Positions 12,313 to 25,300 of a stretch of DNA of 64,000 bases are shown piece by piece (within the stretch, counting starts at the first letter, position 1; each line of letters opens with the position of its first letter). The stretch covers positions 416,640,001 through 416,704,000 of the forward strand of contig NC_067401.1 in NCBI RefSeq assembly GCF_016432865.1. The letters run 5' to 3'. The notes beneath the pieces are model-generated. The model was given only the letters and a program-made list of their open reading frames with translations. It did not search any database and was not told the DNA's origin. The DNA comes from Antechinus flavipes (taxonomy: Eukaryota). The position numbers and the translations under genes were made by a program.

Positions 12313-13660
12313 GTCCTGATTTGGGAAGAAAATAGCAATTGAATGATAAAGTTTTTAAAACTAAAAAACAATGAAGACTGAATTATGACAGATTTGTAGG
12401 CAAGATTCCTCCCACCCCTTTTCTTGATAGAGGTTGAACCCACTGTTGTGTCAAACCAAAGCTTCAGGTTGAGGGTACAGAGGAAACAGATCCTAAGGAT
12501 AGAATAGCAGAGGGGTCAAATGCCAAGAAAACAAGCCAAATTCAAAATGACAGGAGGCAGGAGGTCCAAAGTCCATGTAAATAGTTAGCAACCAAGAGAA
12601 CAGCAGGAGATAAAGAAAAAAATGCAAGATGAAAAGACCCAACCAAGATCAGTCTCACACCACATTTAAAAAAACCCAAAGGAAATTAATGGATTGGGGT
12701 TTGGTCGGCAGTTAGCCTCTTTCCTCTTTCAACCTGTTAAAGTCCAATTCCCCCCCAAAAAATACTTCTCCTGACATAGGGGATAACTGAAAATAGTCAT
12801 TTGTATAATAAAAGCAGAGACAGGGGCTAGATTTTGTTCTCCAGTAGAAGCAAATTCCCTGATATTCCTTTTTTTCTCATACATTTGACTATAAGATTTA
12901 GTTGTCTAAAATCTAGATTTGCTTTGTGGGGTTCTTTTAGCTTTAACTTTTTTTCTATGGACAATTTCAACTTTAAGTCATACCTAAGTGATATTTCTGA
13001 TGGTAACAAAAAGCAAGCTTCTATACCATTCTCCTCCCACTGAGAACTCTTCCTTCCACAGGAGAGGAAGGATTTTTTTAAGTGGGAAAAATACCAGTTG
13101 AGACAATAGAGTTTTCCAGCCAGAGGAGAAATGTATGATGAGAAGATGAGTCATTGGTTAGGTGATGGCTGTGTTCTAGGTTTGGTCAACAGGAAGTTCT
13201 CTGCTTCTCCAACCAGTATTATATATTTCTAGAACTACCAATTTCTCTTTTTTCCTGGAAAGTTTGGTGCTTTTGCTTTCTTCGAACTTTTGGTGCCTGT
13301 AGTTCTCTGGCTTGGATGATATCACTTTTGCAGTACTGGGAATAACTCCAGTGCAGTATACCATGTGACCTGTGATGCCTTTTCTCCAAAGGGTCCAAGT
13401 GTGAGCCGGGCAACATGCCAAGAAGAAACTGGGAAAATTTCAATTCCCTACTGAGTTTATCCTGTGGTTTTGTTCAATTTTGAATACAGGAATTTGCAAA
13501 AGGATGCCCAATATCCTAATTCCCTTTTCACTATTCCTTGTGGCCTCAGAAAGGTGAGCACTACAATCTTGGTCCTTTTTTCTCTCCTTATCCCTACCCC
13601 ACACTCAATCTTTCCATTATCAGAAGTATAGTGGCAGGAATATTGGTCCCTCAGGTCCCT

Positions 13661-14176
13661 CAGGATGAATACAGAGAAGACTGGTGAAACTTATATGAAC
13701 TGATGCTAAGTGAAATGAGCAGAACCAGGAGATCATTATATACCTCAACAACGATACTGTTTGAGGATATATTCTGATGGAAGTGGATCTCTTCGATAAA
13801 GAGAGCTAATTCAGTTTCAATTGATCAAGGATGGACAGAAGCAGCTACACCCAAAGAAAGAACACTGGGAAATGAATATAAACTGCTTGCCTGTTTGTTT
13901 TTCTTCCCGGGTTATTTATACCTTCTGAATCCAATTCTCCTTGTGCAACAAGAGAACTGTTCAGTTCTGCACACATATATTGTATCTAGGATATATTGTA
14001 ACCTATTTAACATGTAAAGGACTGCTTGCCATCTGGGGGAGGGGATGGAGAGAGGGAGGGGAAAAATTGGAACAGAAGTGAATGCAAGGGATAATGCTGT
14101 AAAAAATTACCCTGGCATGAGTTCTGTCAATAAAAAGTTATTTTAAAAAATAAATAAATAAATAGAATTTTAAAAA
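13661..14176 (+). mobile_element. 5'-truncated young L1 (~515 bp) with poly(A) tail and perfect 17-bp TSD
   Basis: gaactgatgctaagtgaaatgagcagaaccaggagatc...; AATAAA 14129-14134; A-rich tail; TSD aggaatattggtccctc at 13636-13652 and 14177-14193. Confidence 0.95.
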
Positions 14177-14454
14177 AGGAATATTGGTCCCTCTCTTAGC
14201 CTAAGAGAAATGGCAATTAAGTAATGAGGGCTGGTATTATCAGTCTTATTAGTTTATAGTCATATCTCATATTCATGGTCTCAGTATGGTGACATTTAAG
14301 TTTATTAATTTTATTTATTAAATAAATTAAAATTTTAAATTCATTAAATTTAAATTTATGTATTTTAAGATTTATCATCTAATTGTTAGAATACTTTTGG
14401 GACATATGAACAAAATCCAAAATGGCAGCCATCTTTAGTACTAGAAGCATATAT

Positions 14455-14670
14455 TAAGAGATAGGTAGTATGTAAGGGATACAATGGCAAAAATGAACAA
14501 CTTCTTACCCTCAGGGAGCTTACACTTTAGTGGAAAGAAACAATGTGTATATAGATAAATAAATACAAACTATATGCAATGTGACTACAAAGTCATTTTA
14601 GGGAGGAAGAGATCACTAACAATAGGAGGATCAGAAAGGACCAGGAAGGAGCTCATGTAGAAGATGGCAC
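14455..14670 (-). mobile_element. L2 LINE remnant
   Basis: cttaccctcagggagcttacactttagtggaaagaaacaat...ggatcagaaagg. Confidence 0.6.
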
Positions 14671-16454
14671 TTGTTTTTAGCTAACCTAAGTCTTCATCCT
14701 CCCAAAGCTGGCTCAGCTAGGCCAAAAATGGGGAAAGATTGATGGAACAGATACTTTTTTTTACAGATACTTTTTATACAAAGTATAAAAGAATATAAAA
14801 TGAGGTTGTCTGGAGAAGATCAAAGGAATCCTTCCTTGGGGAGTTCAAGAGTGTCCTGTTAGTCACATCTTCAACTCAATCTTCAGCACATAGATGTTTC
14901 CAACAACTACTTAGGTACCAGCCCAGAATGCTGGGATGTGTGCTGTGTGTGCAAATGGTCTCATGCGTAGGAAGCTCTCTTCCCAGGCTTCTCTTTCTTC
15001 ATCTTTTACTGCCTCGTTTCCTATTCAAAATAACTTGTGACTACCTGTTTTATTCATACTTTCCATAGAGAGAAACTTATGGACTTTAAAAAACAAGGAA
15101 AAACCATTGCTGGCTTTTTTCTTTCTATTCTGAACTGTCAGATGCCAATTAACTTCCAAATTACCCATAACTCTTAAGATAATCACTCCAGAGAAGGAAC
15201 CAAACTCATAGTCTTTTTTGGTCATTTTTAATGGTAAATATAATTTGTATTTTGTAATTCCCCCCCCCATTTGACCATTTGTTGGATAATTTTGTTGGTC
15301 AATTGCTATGTGTGGTTATTATAGCTGCTGGGAATCAAACCTGTCTTAAAAAAAAGAGAGAATATTTTTAGAAATGTTTTTTAAAAAAGGTGGCTTTGGG
15401 CTAAGCTTTGAATTATAGGATTCCAAGATGTGGAAGTAAGGAGGAAGAGCTTCTAGCTAGTTGGGGCAAGGGAAAAGGGGAGAAGAAGAGTTTCCTTATT
15501 CCCTCTATTTATCTCTCCACTATGACAGAAATGTGGAAGTAGTAGTTCTTAATTCTCACCAGAGGGGAAACTGGTGGAGACAGACTCCATTGTCCCCCAG
15601 AAAAGAGCTGCAACTGATGTCTGTGGCTGATAGCAGCTAGTAGCTTTGGTATGAAGCAAGAAACAAGGATGAAATAGAGGTACCAGGAATGCCCAGAGAG
15701 GGGGATGCTGCTCTGTGTCAAAGAAAATCCACAAATCTCACTTGTGTTATTCTGGTTTCTGCCCACTGAAGGGTTTTAAGATATGATTTTCTAGCAAAGC
15801 AGTCAGAAGCCTGGTCCCTGACCCTGCTGATCAAAGCCTGGGAAGTGACACTCAGTCACTACTCTCTATGACCATGTTAAACTGGAGAATATTCTGAATC
15901 TGGGCTTACTTGAGGAAAAAAGTTTATATGTGCAGTACTTTGGTCATAGCAAAAGAATGAATGAATTTCCATAAGTAGCTGCATTTTTATCCAAACAGAA
16001 TTGTGACTCTCCCTTCCTACCTTTTCTTGGCAGAACGGCTTGGCGATGGAGAAAGCCAGGGTCTTTAAATAGTTGATCCAACTTTTCACTCTTCTTTTCC
16101 TTGACTCTTGATGAAATGAGGCCCTAGATGAAAGAATACATATGAGTTTTGTTGGTCCAACATGACACAATTTATTCATTCCTCAGAAAAAGTTTCTCTA
16201 AATTTCTCTTGAGAGTCCCCATTTTTACTAGATTCCAAATTAAATCACTAGACCCAAGTGCTCCTGAATTTGACCTCTAAGATCTCTTCCAACTCCTAAA
16301 CATTCTGACCTCAGTTTCTTGTTATGTGAAATGAGAGAAGTCAGTCAGAGTCTAAATCTATGATCCTATGATCTCAACAGTCATTTTCATCTCTATAATT
16401 AAATGACTGTGATTTCTGATCAATAAACCATAATATGGTAATTGTTTAGTCAAT

Positions 16455-16648
16455 TTAATCACATATGACTCTCCATGATCACATCTGGAGTTTACTTGGC
16501 AAAGATATTTGCCATTTCCTTCTCTATCTCATTTTACACATGAGGAAACTGAGGCAAAGAAGGTTAAATGACTTGCTCAGGATCACACAGCTAGTAAATT
16601 CTGAGGTCAGGACTCAGATCCTCCTTACTCACTGCTCCATCTAGCTGC
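16455..16648 (-). mobile_element. Mar1-like CORE-SINE
   Basis: ttacttggcaaagatatttgccatttccttctct...catgaggaaactgaggcaaa...ccatctagctgc. Confidence 0.85.
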
Positions 16649-16809
16649 TCACCATAACACGGACCCAGGAACAAACAGCTTTCTTCAGCATCCATTCCAT
16701 GCTGTTGCTAGAGGATCAAGAAGGATTAGAAACTTGCTTCTTAGAACAAATAAAGAAATACAAAGAATTTAAAGACTGTTATGCAATACTTGCTGTTCAG
16801 TTCACCTAA

Positions 16810-17205
16810 TCCATTTTATCTCTCCATGCTCCAGATCATGCTTCCCTTCTTATTCCTTCATCCATCAGAAAACTCAGGTCCACCAGGGCATCTTGCCCTT
16901 TGCTCTGGTATCTCCCATCAGTATGCTACCTTCTACACTCACTTTCTACCTTTTATTTTAAATGTCAGATCAATACTGAGAAAGAGCATAATAATCTGCT
17001 GCCCTTTAGATCTACTCACAGTCCATGTGACTCTCCAGAATAAAACTTCTTTCCCTGACTGCCACTCCCTATTATATTATTTCTCTCTATTGGGATATAA
17101 GCTCCTTGAAGGAGACCCTCACTCTGGTCTCTGAATTTTCAGTGCCTAGCATAGCTCCAGACATATAGTATGCATTCAAATGCTTTTTCTTCATTCATTT
17201 ATTCA
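16810..17205 (+). mobile_element. L2 LINE remnants
   Basis: gggatataagctccttgaaggagacc...cagtgcctagcatagctccagacatatagtatgcattcaaatgc...ttcattcatttattc. Confidence 0.65.
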
Positions 17206-17329
17206 TGAAATAAAAGATGGCTCAAAGCATTAAGGAAAAGGCAATCATACTATACCTTGGCAATTCCTAAATTAGGGAACAATTTCTATATTTCTCATTG
17301 AATCACAACATGTTTAAAAACTGTAATAC

Positions 17330-18230
17330 ATGATCATTTTTTGTAAAAATTCCATATGGTGCTAAGAATAATAAAACAATCCTTAGCTGTCTTGTTTAGA
17401 AGATGTCATAAGTCTATAATTCTTAATTTCTCCCACAATGTAACCAATTCCATATTTTCCCATTTGTTTATCTTTCTGTTATTCAAAATGAAAAGAGGGA
17501 TATTGAAGTTTCCTATCACTATTGTATTTTGCTGCCTTTGTCTTTTTGTAGAGTAGTTTATATATGAATTTGGATGCTAAAGCATTTGGAGCATAAATAT
17601 TTATTATGGATATTGGTTTGCTGAATATGATTCCTTTCAGGATAATGTAATTTCCTCGCTTATATCTTTTTATTTTTTGAATATTTGGTTTTGGGGGGGC
17701 AGATAGCATGATAACAATTTTTATATTTTTGGATTCACTTGACACACAACAATTTTTTTCTATTACCATTGTTTTACTTTGTGGGTGTCTTCATTTTTTA
17801 AATATGTTTCTTGTTAATGGTTGTAGGGATTATTTTTTCTTATTCATGCTTAGTCATAATTTTTCATTTTATTGAACTAATTCATTTACATTTAAAGTAC
17901 TGAGAATTGGACTTATAGTTTTCTTCATTTGTCTCTAACACTAGAGTTTTTTCAAGTTATGATTTTTCCCTCTTCTGTTGTAAGGATAATACCATATTCC
18001 TTCAGTTACTTTGGTTTATTCTTTTTTAAGATGGCCCAATTCCCACTGATTGTCTTCCTTTCACTTGCAATTCTGTTTTTTACCCCTTTCCTTTTGGGTT
18101 TTGCTTGTTAATTCCTTTTCTTTTTTTTTTTTAAATGGTTATTTCATTCTCCCAGTTACTTATCTTTTTTTCCTCTTAGTCAAGTAAATTTCCTTTTCTT
18201 TTTCTCTTCTTTAGTCTTCTTCAAACGCAA
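17330..18230 (-). mobile_element. Old L1: inter-ORF region and ORF2 endonuclease N-terminus
   Basis: ORF 17479-17769 GNYIILKGIIFSKPISIINIYAPN matches the L1 EN motif GHYIMIKGSIxxExITILNIYAPN; minus strand tttaaatgtaaatgaatt (LNVNG-like) near 17890. Confidence 0.9.
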
Positions 18231-18469
18231 AAGCGTTTTTGCACACTGTTCCAGAGAATATTACTTTTCCTTTCTTTGTTATCTTCATTATCAATCTTCT
18301 GTCTTCCCTGAAGAAGCAGTGGAGCAGGGATGCTGCTGGATGTGGACACTTAGAAGAGAGTGGAGTTTTCGGTTTACAGTTCCAGGAGAGAACTAAAGGA
18401 GAATTGAGGTCAGAGGTTCCATCTCCCCCACCCCAGGATTAAAAGTCATTATCCTAACAGGATTTGGTT

Positions 18470-19745
18470 GCAAAGACATAAACTTAATAGAAAACTAGAC
18501 ATAAGATCCAAGAGGAAAAAAAAAGGTAGACATTAAAGACTAATTTCAAGGGACTCAATAAGGACAAATTGTTTATATTTTATACATGGAAATGTAAACC
18601 ACATGTCTAAGAGTGTTATTAGTAGTTGGGTAGTTTGAAAGAAAGATTGGGGCGGAGCTGAGTATGAAGGGATTCTAAAAAGTAAAACTGTGTAGGAAAA
18701 GATAAAAAGAGTACTTATGTTATACAAATGAGGAACGAGAGTAAAAACTGATTCAAAAAAATCAGATGGGGGGTGAGGGAGAGCTGATAGTTCTGAAATC
18801 CTATTCACATTGAGAATGGATTAAAGAGGGAACAATATATATCTAGAAGGGTATAAAAGTCTTCTAAATTTATTAAAAAAAAATAAGATGGGGAGGAAAT
18901 AGGATAAATGGGCATATAGAAGAGCATATAGATTAAGGGGAATAGGATAAAGAGAGAGAGAAAAGGTGGGGGAGGAGAGGATAAGGAAGAGATCCTGGGG
19001 TGGGGAGTAGGTTAAGTAACAGCAGGGCAAGGAAATGAGTAGAAGTAAATCAGAAGAGTCAGTAGGTATAAGATGTAAGAGATACACATAAACACAATAA
19101 TGATCAGAAGTAGAACTTATTAGAGGAAGAAGCTAGTAATTATTGATCTCAAACAAAATTAAAGCTAAAATATTTAATCAAATAAGAAAAATAAGGAAAT
19201 CGCTACATGGTAGCCATATTAATCAATATTGTTTTAGACTATTTAATATAAGTAGATAGTATAAGGTTGGAATATTGTATGGTGTAAAAAAGGATGAATT
19301 GGCATATTTAGCAAAATATGGGAAGACTTGGATTTATGAAGGGAGATATCCTTTAGAGAAACAAAAAACAAACAAGCATAGTACAATCTTACATAAATAC
19401 ATGTGAATGTATATGTTTATGATTGTAGATATCTATGCATATATATGTGTATATATATATATATATATATAGATGTATGTAAGTATATCAGCCCTTAATT
19501 GTAGTTTTCTTGGGGATATAGGTAGGAAGAATGAGGGAAAAAAAGATAAAGTAAAAAGTTCACAACAGAGAACAAAATAAAATCTATGATGAAGTAAAGA
19601 AATGATGGATTGCTCTGAACACAATGTGTAGTATTTATTATATAAGCTTTATTGAAATGAAAATTTGTTTCATATTTTGAATCTTTTTTATGTTCTGCTG
19701 TGCACCTATATTTTTTCTATTTTTTTTGAAATAAAAAAGTTAAAA
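18470..19745 (+). mobile_element. Internally deleted L1 (ORF1 end, inter-ORF, ORF2 start, then 3' end)
   Basis: aacttaatagaaaactagacata (ORF1 end); attgatctcaaacaaaattaaagctaaaat (ISDKAK-like EN); then ggaatattgtatggtgtaaaaaaggatgaa and an A-rich tail at ~19730-19750. Confidence 0.7.
19438..19471. repeat. (TA)n microsatellite
   Basis: Interrupted ta run. Confidence 0.9.
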
Positions 19746-19899
19746 AATAAATTTGATTTCTATGTCACATTAGGCAAAATATATTGGTTCCATGGAGTAA
19801 TAGATATTGATGTTGAGTATGTGAAATGTGGAACTGTCATTTAAAAAATCTTGCTCTTTTATTTGTATATAAAAAAACTCCTCCCTTGATCCATGCCTT

Positions 19900-21900
19900 C
19901 CCATTTCCAGGTACCCCCAGAAGTTCCAACTATTCCTCTCCTAAGATAGGGTAAGTGATCTTTTCAAGCAGTAAATACTTCAGAGCACACCTAGAACAAA
20001 GTCCCCATCTCCTTATACATACATGTCTCTTCATCTATAGGAAAATTTTTCGATATCAGACCCTCCCACTATTAAAGTTAGACTTCCCTCCCTCACTTTT
20101 AATCCTTCTCCCATCCTTTTATCCTCTCCCTTGAATTTCTTCTCTTTCTAAGATGACAAAGGTCACTTTCCCTTCATTGCTCACCCCAGATCTGACTTGG
20201 GAATATCAAAAGTCCTATCTTTTTTCCCTCCCTTCTAGCCTTCTCATTAACTATCCTATGTTGCAGTATAGTCCCCACCAAAAAACAAAACAAAACAAAA
20301 AAACATCGATTTACCTACAGGCAGGTATTGCCAAGTACTGTCGATAATGCCCTATACCTGGTTGTTCCCTGTAATTTACATAAGACTTGCATTTTCAATT
20401 TTATCTCCTTGTGTACATTTAGAAAGAAGTCTCTTGCTTGTCTCTCTGCTGTCATTTTTCCCCCAGTTGTTGTCCTTGGCTGCTACATTTGTTCACCCCT
20501 TCTGCATTTTTGTGGTTTGGGGTATTTGAAAAGCAAATAATCTCTTCACTTCTACATTCTTCCTAAGAATGTTTCAAATGTCTATTATTGAATGTCCATC
20601 TTTTTCCATTTGTACAGTTAAACTAATATTTATAGGATAGACTGCAACCTGAGTGCCATTGTTTTTCAGAATATATTGTTCTATTCTCGAATTTTCTGGT
20701 GGATGTAGAATGGTGTTATATTATTCATACAATCTTTTCTTTGTTGTTGAAGTCTTTTTCCTTATCATTTGTAAGACTTGTTTCTGTATTAAATTGTTAA
20801 ATTTAACCACTATGTGTCTTGGAGTTTTCAGTTTTGATTTTTTTTTTTTTTGGACAAGATCTATAAATTCTTTCAATTGACATTTCATTTTCTCTGTTCA
20901 GAAGTTCTGGGAAGTTCTCTCAAATTATTTTTTGCATTGTGGTTTTAAATTTTTTCCCCCCTGTTGTACTCTTCTAGGAAATTTATGATCTGAAGATTGT
21001 CTCCATATATCCTGTCTTTGAGTAGAGTGTTTTGCTTGGATAGTGAGCATTTTTTTTAAAGTATTGTTTTTTGCTTCTTTTCTATTTACATTCCCAATCT
21101 GTTGCTATCTCTTTTGTTTCTTTAATGAGCTTGCTAGTGTAGATTCTAGTTTTTTGATTCTACTTATTTATTTACTTCACAGTTGATAATTATGTTTTCA
21201 TAATTCTCATTTTTCTTTTAAGCCATTCAGAAACATCATGTTCTTCTCAAATTTCATATGATCTTCTTATTTGTTCCTAGATGCCTGAATTCATTTACTA
21301 GATCAGGAGGCCATATTTCCTTCTACTCTTAGAATTTTCCCTGTTTATTTATCTGTTTATATTCAAAGTCTTTGAATTTTCTTCTTCCTGAAATCCTTGG
21401 TAATTTCAGTCTTTTTCTTCCCTCTTATTTTTCCCTATTGCTCTTTTTCTGACTCCCTTCCCTCTAATAATCAATGGATCTCAAAGCATCTCAGTTTCCT
21501 CCCACACTATTCATTTCTAGATCTTTGCTTAAAGTGACCTGTAGAGGGGCAGAACTGGCTGTAGCTGGTGCAGAACTCTTTCTCAAGGTTGGTGGAGTGT
21601 TGCACAATTTTCCCTAGCCCCTAGCCTCCTAGTTCCAATTTTCTGTTTCTCAGTTCTCTGGTTCAGCATTGGCAATTCAGGGATCTTCCTGGCTGATATA
21701 TGGAATTGAATTCTATAATTTGGATCTGTGAGACTCTGGGGGGAAAGGGGAAATGGGATATGGGAATGAGCTCTATTTCAAGCCCAGAAATGATGGTTTG
21801 CCCCCTTTTCTCTGTACCTTAGCTTTCCTGCAGAGATCTTTTGCAATTTAGTATACTACTGCTGCTACATCATTTGTCATGGCCCCAGAAAGCTAGGACT
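19900..21900 (-). mobile_element. Old L1: 5' region, ORF1 and inter-ORF
   Basis: Antisense ORF1-type sequence gttttcagaatatattgttc, cagaagttctgggaagttctct, tctaggaaatttatgatctgaagattgtctc. Confidence 0.7.
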
Positions 21901-23154
21901 GGAAAGAAGGAAGGTGTGGTTTTATTGTAAGTCCATGTGTTAAGTCCTTGACTTTTGTTGTAAGCCAATGTGTCAGATCTTTGGACTAGCTAATGCAGCT
22001 TTGCCACTGGTAACATGGTGCTATTATTCACAAGAATGAACCTGAAACCCTAAAATATTTTTAGAAAGATATTTATTAGATTGTTTGGTGGAGGAAAACA
22101 ATCCAGAAAGAGTTTGGCTCCCTATTGAAGTTTATATTATGTATACAATTTGCACATGGACTGATGGAAAGAGTAGCTTGAATGTAAGGTAAATAGATAA
22201 AAAAAATTAGTAAATATAAACATTCAACAAAATTTGGGCAAAGCAAACACAAGCTTGAGTGAACCCAAAACAAGATTGGATGAGTGTATCCAAAACATAA
22301 GTGTTTTGGGTGGATCCAGGATTCTGAGGAACTCAAAATTCCTTGTAGCCATGTTTGGCATTCTTTGAGAGTTACTGTGGTCAGGGAAAGATTCTGGGTT
22401 CAAACAATCTCTAGCCATATCAAGTTAGATTTAAGCAATATAATAATTTACTAAGTTTTCAAAACAATGTAATAAAATATTTCCTACAACGTAAGGCAGG
22501 AGAGATGTGCTAAGTGAGCTCATGGTAATTTTTAAAAATCTTCTTTTGGATTCTGAGTGTTTTAGACCATGGAGACAGTTGAAGTTACTTTCTATTTGGT
22601 GCAGAATTCCTGTTTTGAAGAGATCTGAGAGGTGAGAGGTCAGATAAATAGTCAAGCCTCCATCTTATTGGTCATGTAACCCAGAAGTGGCTTTTTTGAG
22701 GGTGGGGAAAGGGATTCATAGTGTGTTAGAAATGGAAAAGATGTAGAAATCATCTAGTTTCTCTCCTCCCCTTAATTTTAGTGTCAGAGAAGCTAAGTGA
22801 GCAATACAATAACATATCTGTATTACCTATGGCCCAAGGGGCTAGAGCATTCTTTTCCATTAAAGACTCTAGCTTAGGCTCACCCAGACTTAGTTCAATT
22901 CTGGGGGATGCTGGGTCTCCCTCAAAGGTACCTTCTAGGAAGGTACTCTGTACAAAGTAGATGAAACAAAGGACTGCTATTGAGTTCTTTTTGCCACAAA
23001 AGAAATACTTAAAACACAAAAACTTCAAAAATACATTGACAAATACTAAAAATATCAAATAGTAACCTTTAACTCCAATTATACTCTCCTGAAGGGTTAA
23101 AACATTGAAACACTTTATTTTGTTTTCATTTCAGGTGTGTGTTTTCTGAGAAAA

Positions 23155-23289
23155 TCATTCAAGGTCCATGTCTTTTGGCCAATTGCAACATGGTTTGATC
23201 TCATGCTCTTGGTAGTAATCTTCTCCAACACCCAAACCCAGAAGTTCCCAACCTCTTAAATGCACAAGATTGCCTCCATGGCTAGACAT
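23155..23289 (-). CDS. Candidate 44-aa small ORF (MSSHGGNLVHLRGWELLGLGVGEDYYQEHEIKPCCNWPKDMDLE), unverified
   Basis: ATG with A at -3, 25 nt after a strong acceptor (ctctgtgcttttttctctgaacatag, exon start 23314); TGA; AATAAA at 23119-23114; no homology recognised. Confidence 0.2.
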   Translation of the reverse strand: MSSHGGNLVHLRGWELLGLGVGEDYYQEHEIKPCCNWPKDMDLE

Positions 23290-23574
23290 CTTTCTCAAGA
23301 TCTTATTTAGTCACCTATGTTCAGAGAAAAAAGCACAGAGAAGAGGTAGACACTAAAAGTCTAGATTCAGGCCTGCTTATGTGGGCATATTGCTCTTGAA
23401 ATTAGGGATCAGAAATCACCATTGATCTTAAAGGTTGGTGGGGAGGGAAGAAGAATATCACTTTCTCCCTTCAATGTGAATCTAAGGGAGAGAACTCAAA
23501 AAGTCCTGATATGCTTGACAGAAGGGAAGAAAAAGTTATAGTAGAAGTTCTTTTCTTGAAGTCTAATGAGCAGA

Positions 23575-23936
23575 CTGGATGGATGGGCAGGTGGCCACTG
23601 ATGGGCTCATTCAGGTTGAGGTTAACTTCAAGCATATTAAGACTTTCCCTAGCAAAATGGGTGGATGATAATAATTTGTTCCAATGACCATGAAGATGGT
23701 TGAAGCAAGTACTATGGAGGGCTTAGGGACTGGTCAGACACTATGATCTGTATCCCGGGACCCTGCCAGTTGTCTTGATTTTTGTCTTGCCCCTGGACTT
23801 TGATGGCTCTGGAGGACAGGATGAGGCTGATGACTTTGTTAAATTCTGCCTCACTTCAATTCAGTTCATGTTCAAGTCAAGACATCGTCTATTATGTGAT
23901 GTCATTGGTCCTCTTCAAAAATGAAGGATGAACAAC
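23575..23936 (-). mobile_element. RTE-class element 5' portion (RTE1_Mars/WALLSI-like)
   Basis: The minus strand begins gttgttcatccttcatttttgaagaggaccaatgacatc, the recalled 5' end of marsupial RTE/RTE-SINE families. Confidence 0.7.
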
Positions 23937-25140
23937 CGGGGTAGATTACTTTTCTGAATCAGAGGTGTAGCTCCCTTTTCCTCCACCAAATCCAAAGTTC
24001 AGTTCATGGGACCACTAAGAGATTGCTACATTATCCCCAAACAAAAAACCTTCTGCAATGATTCAGATGATGTACATCAACAGAAAGGACATAACAGATT
24101 TCAACCCAAGGATAAACCCTGAAAATCCATTTCCAAGAATGCTCCATGGATTGTGCTGGATCCAATCTGATTTTTCAGGACATACTTTGCAAATGTGTTT
24201 TCAAAACTTTTCAAATCTTAAAGTTTTATATAAATGTCAAATACTAATTGATTTGTTCAAGGTCCCACCACTCTAAGGATCTGAAGGAAAAAGTAAAATC
24301 TCTTTCTGTCTATGGAACTATGGTAAGAAACACTTGTGCAAGTGTAATATGTAATAAAATTAACAAGAGGGAAAAATAGCTCTAGAGAATAATCCTGACT
24401 AAAAATCATAGCCTTATTCTAATGTGTGATTCTTTCCCTCCTTACCTTCTTAGAGAGAGAAAAAAAGGCAAAAGGGGGAAAAGTGCCTCAGATTCAAATC
24501 AGGACTCTGAGTCCAAGCATTGTAAATAGAGAAAGGCTGCCAAATCTGGCTCTAAATATATTCCAGTGACCTCATGTTTTCTTGTGCTTTGGAAAAAAGA
24601 AAATCATTTTTACCCATCTTGGATGACAGCAATGTTTTGGTCTTCCAGGGAAGTACTGTGAAAGGGTCAACCTAATCAAGAAGTGAAGCTCTTTTCTCCA
24701 CACTGGAACCATCTCAGGAACAGATTGTTATTTTTGGGAAAATGTTCATGGGTTCCCTTCAATCCCTCCTCCAAAATATTTGTCTGCAAATTTATTTATT
24801 TTTTTTTAAGTCTTTAATCAAAAAATCCTTTTGAAAGCTGAAAGGAGAGATCCCTGAGTGTTACCAGGCAATCCATATTTTGGGTGTGGCACCCTGAATC
24901 AGGACAGGGCTCCCTGCTTTTAGTTTGATCAAAGAAACCATGTATGGTGTCTTCAGGAAGGGGACAGGGAAATTTTCTTGAGAATTTCACCAGGAAAAAT
25001 GGAAAGTACCTCTTGGTACTTTCTACCTCTTGGTAGAGTGTAAATTCCTTGACTTTTTTGTTGTGTTCTTCTCTGTATCCCTAGGACAGTGCCTGGAATG
25101 TAGCAGGCCCTTGTTAATTCTTGTTGAATCGAATTAAAGG

Positions 25141-25300
25141 AGGCAGTGTGTAGTATAGTGGAGAGAGTACCTTGGCTCTGATTTAGAGGACTTGGATTCA
25201 AATATTGCCTCTATTACTTATTCCTGGTGGGACCTTGGACAAGTGAAGTTATTTAGATTTCAATGGACTTCAGTTTCCTATTTAGCAAAAAAGAGGAGAG
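25141..25300 (+). mobile_element. MIR SINE (L2 tail immediately upstream at ~25060-25140)
   Basis: aggcagtgtgtagtatagtggagagag...gacttggattcaaat...ttcagtttcctatt. Confidence 0.75.

Noticed and set aside
11953-12342. ORFs spanning the first N gap
   Set aside because: Artefacts of N bases translated as X.
13176-13443. Two overlapping minus-strand ORFs (81 and 74 aa) resembling a processed pseudogene
   Set aside because: No recognisable protein, no poly(A) tail or TSD belonging to them; lengths are within chance expectation.
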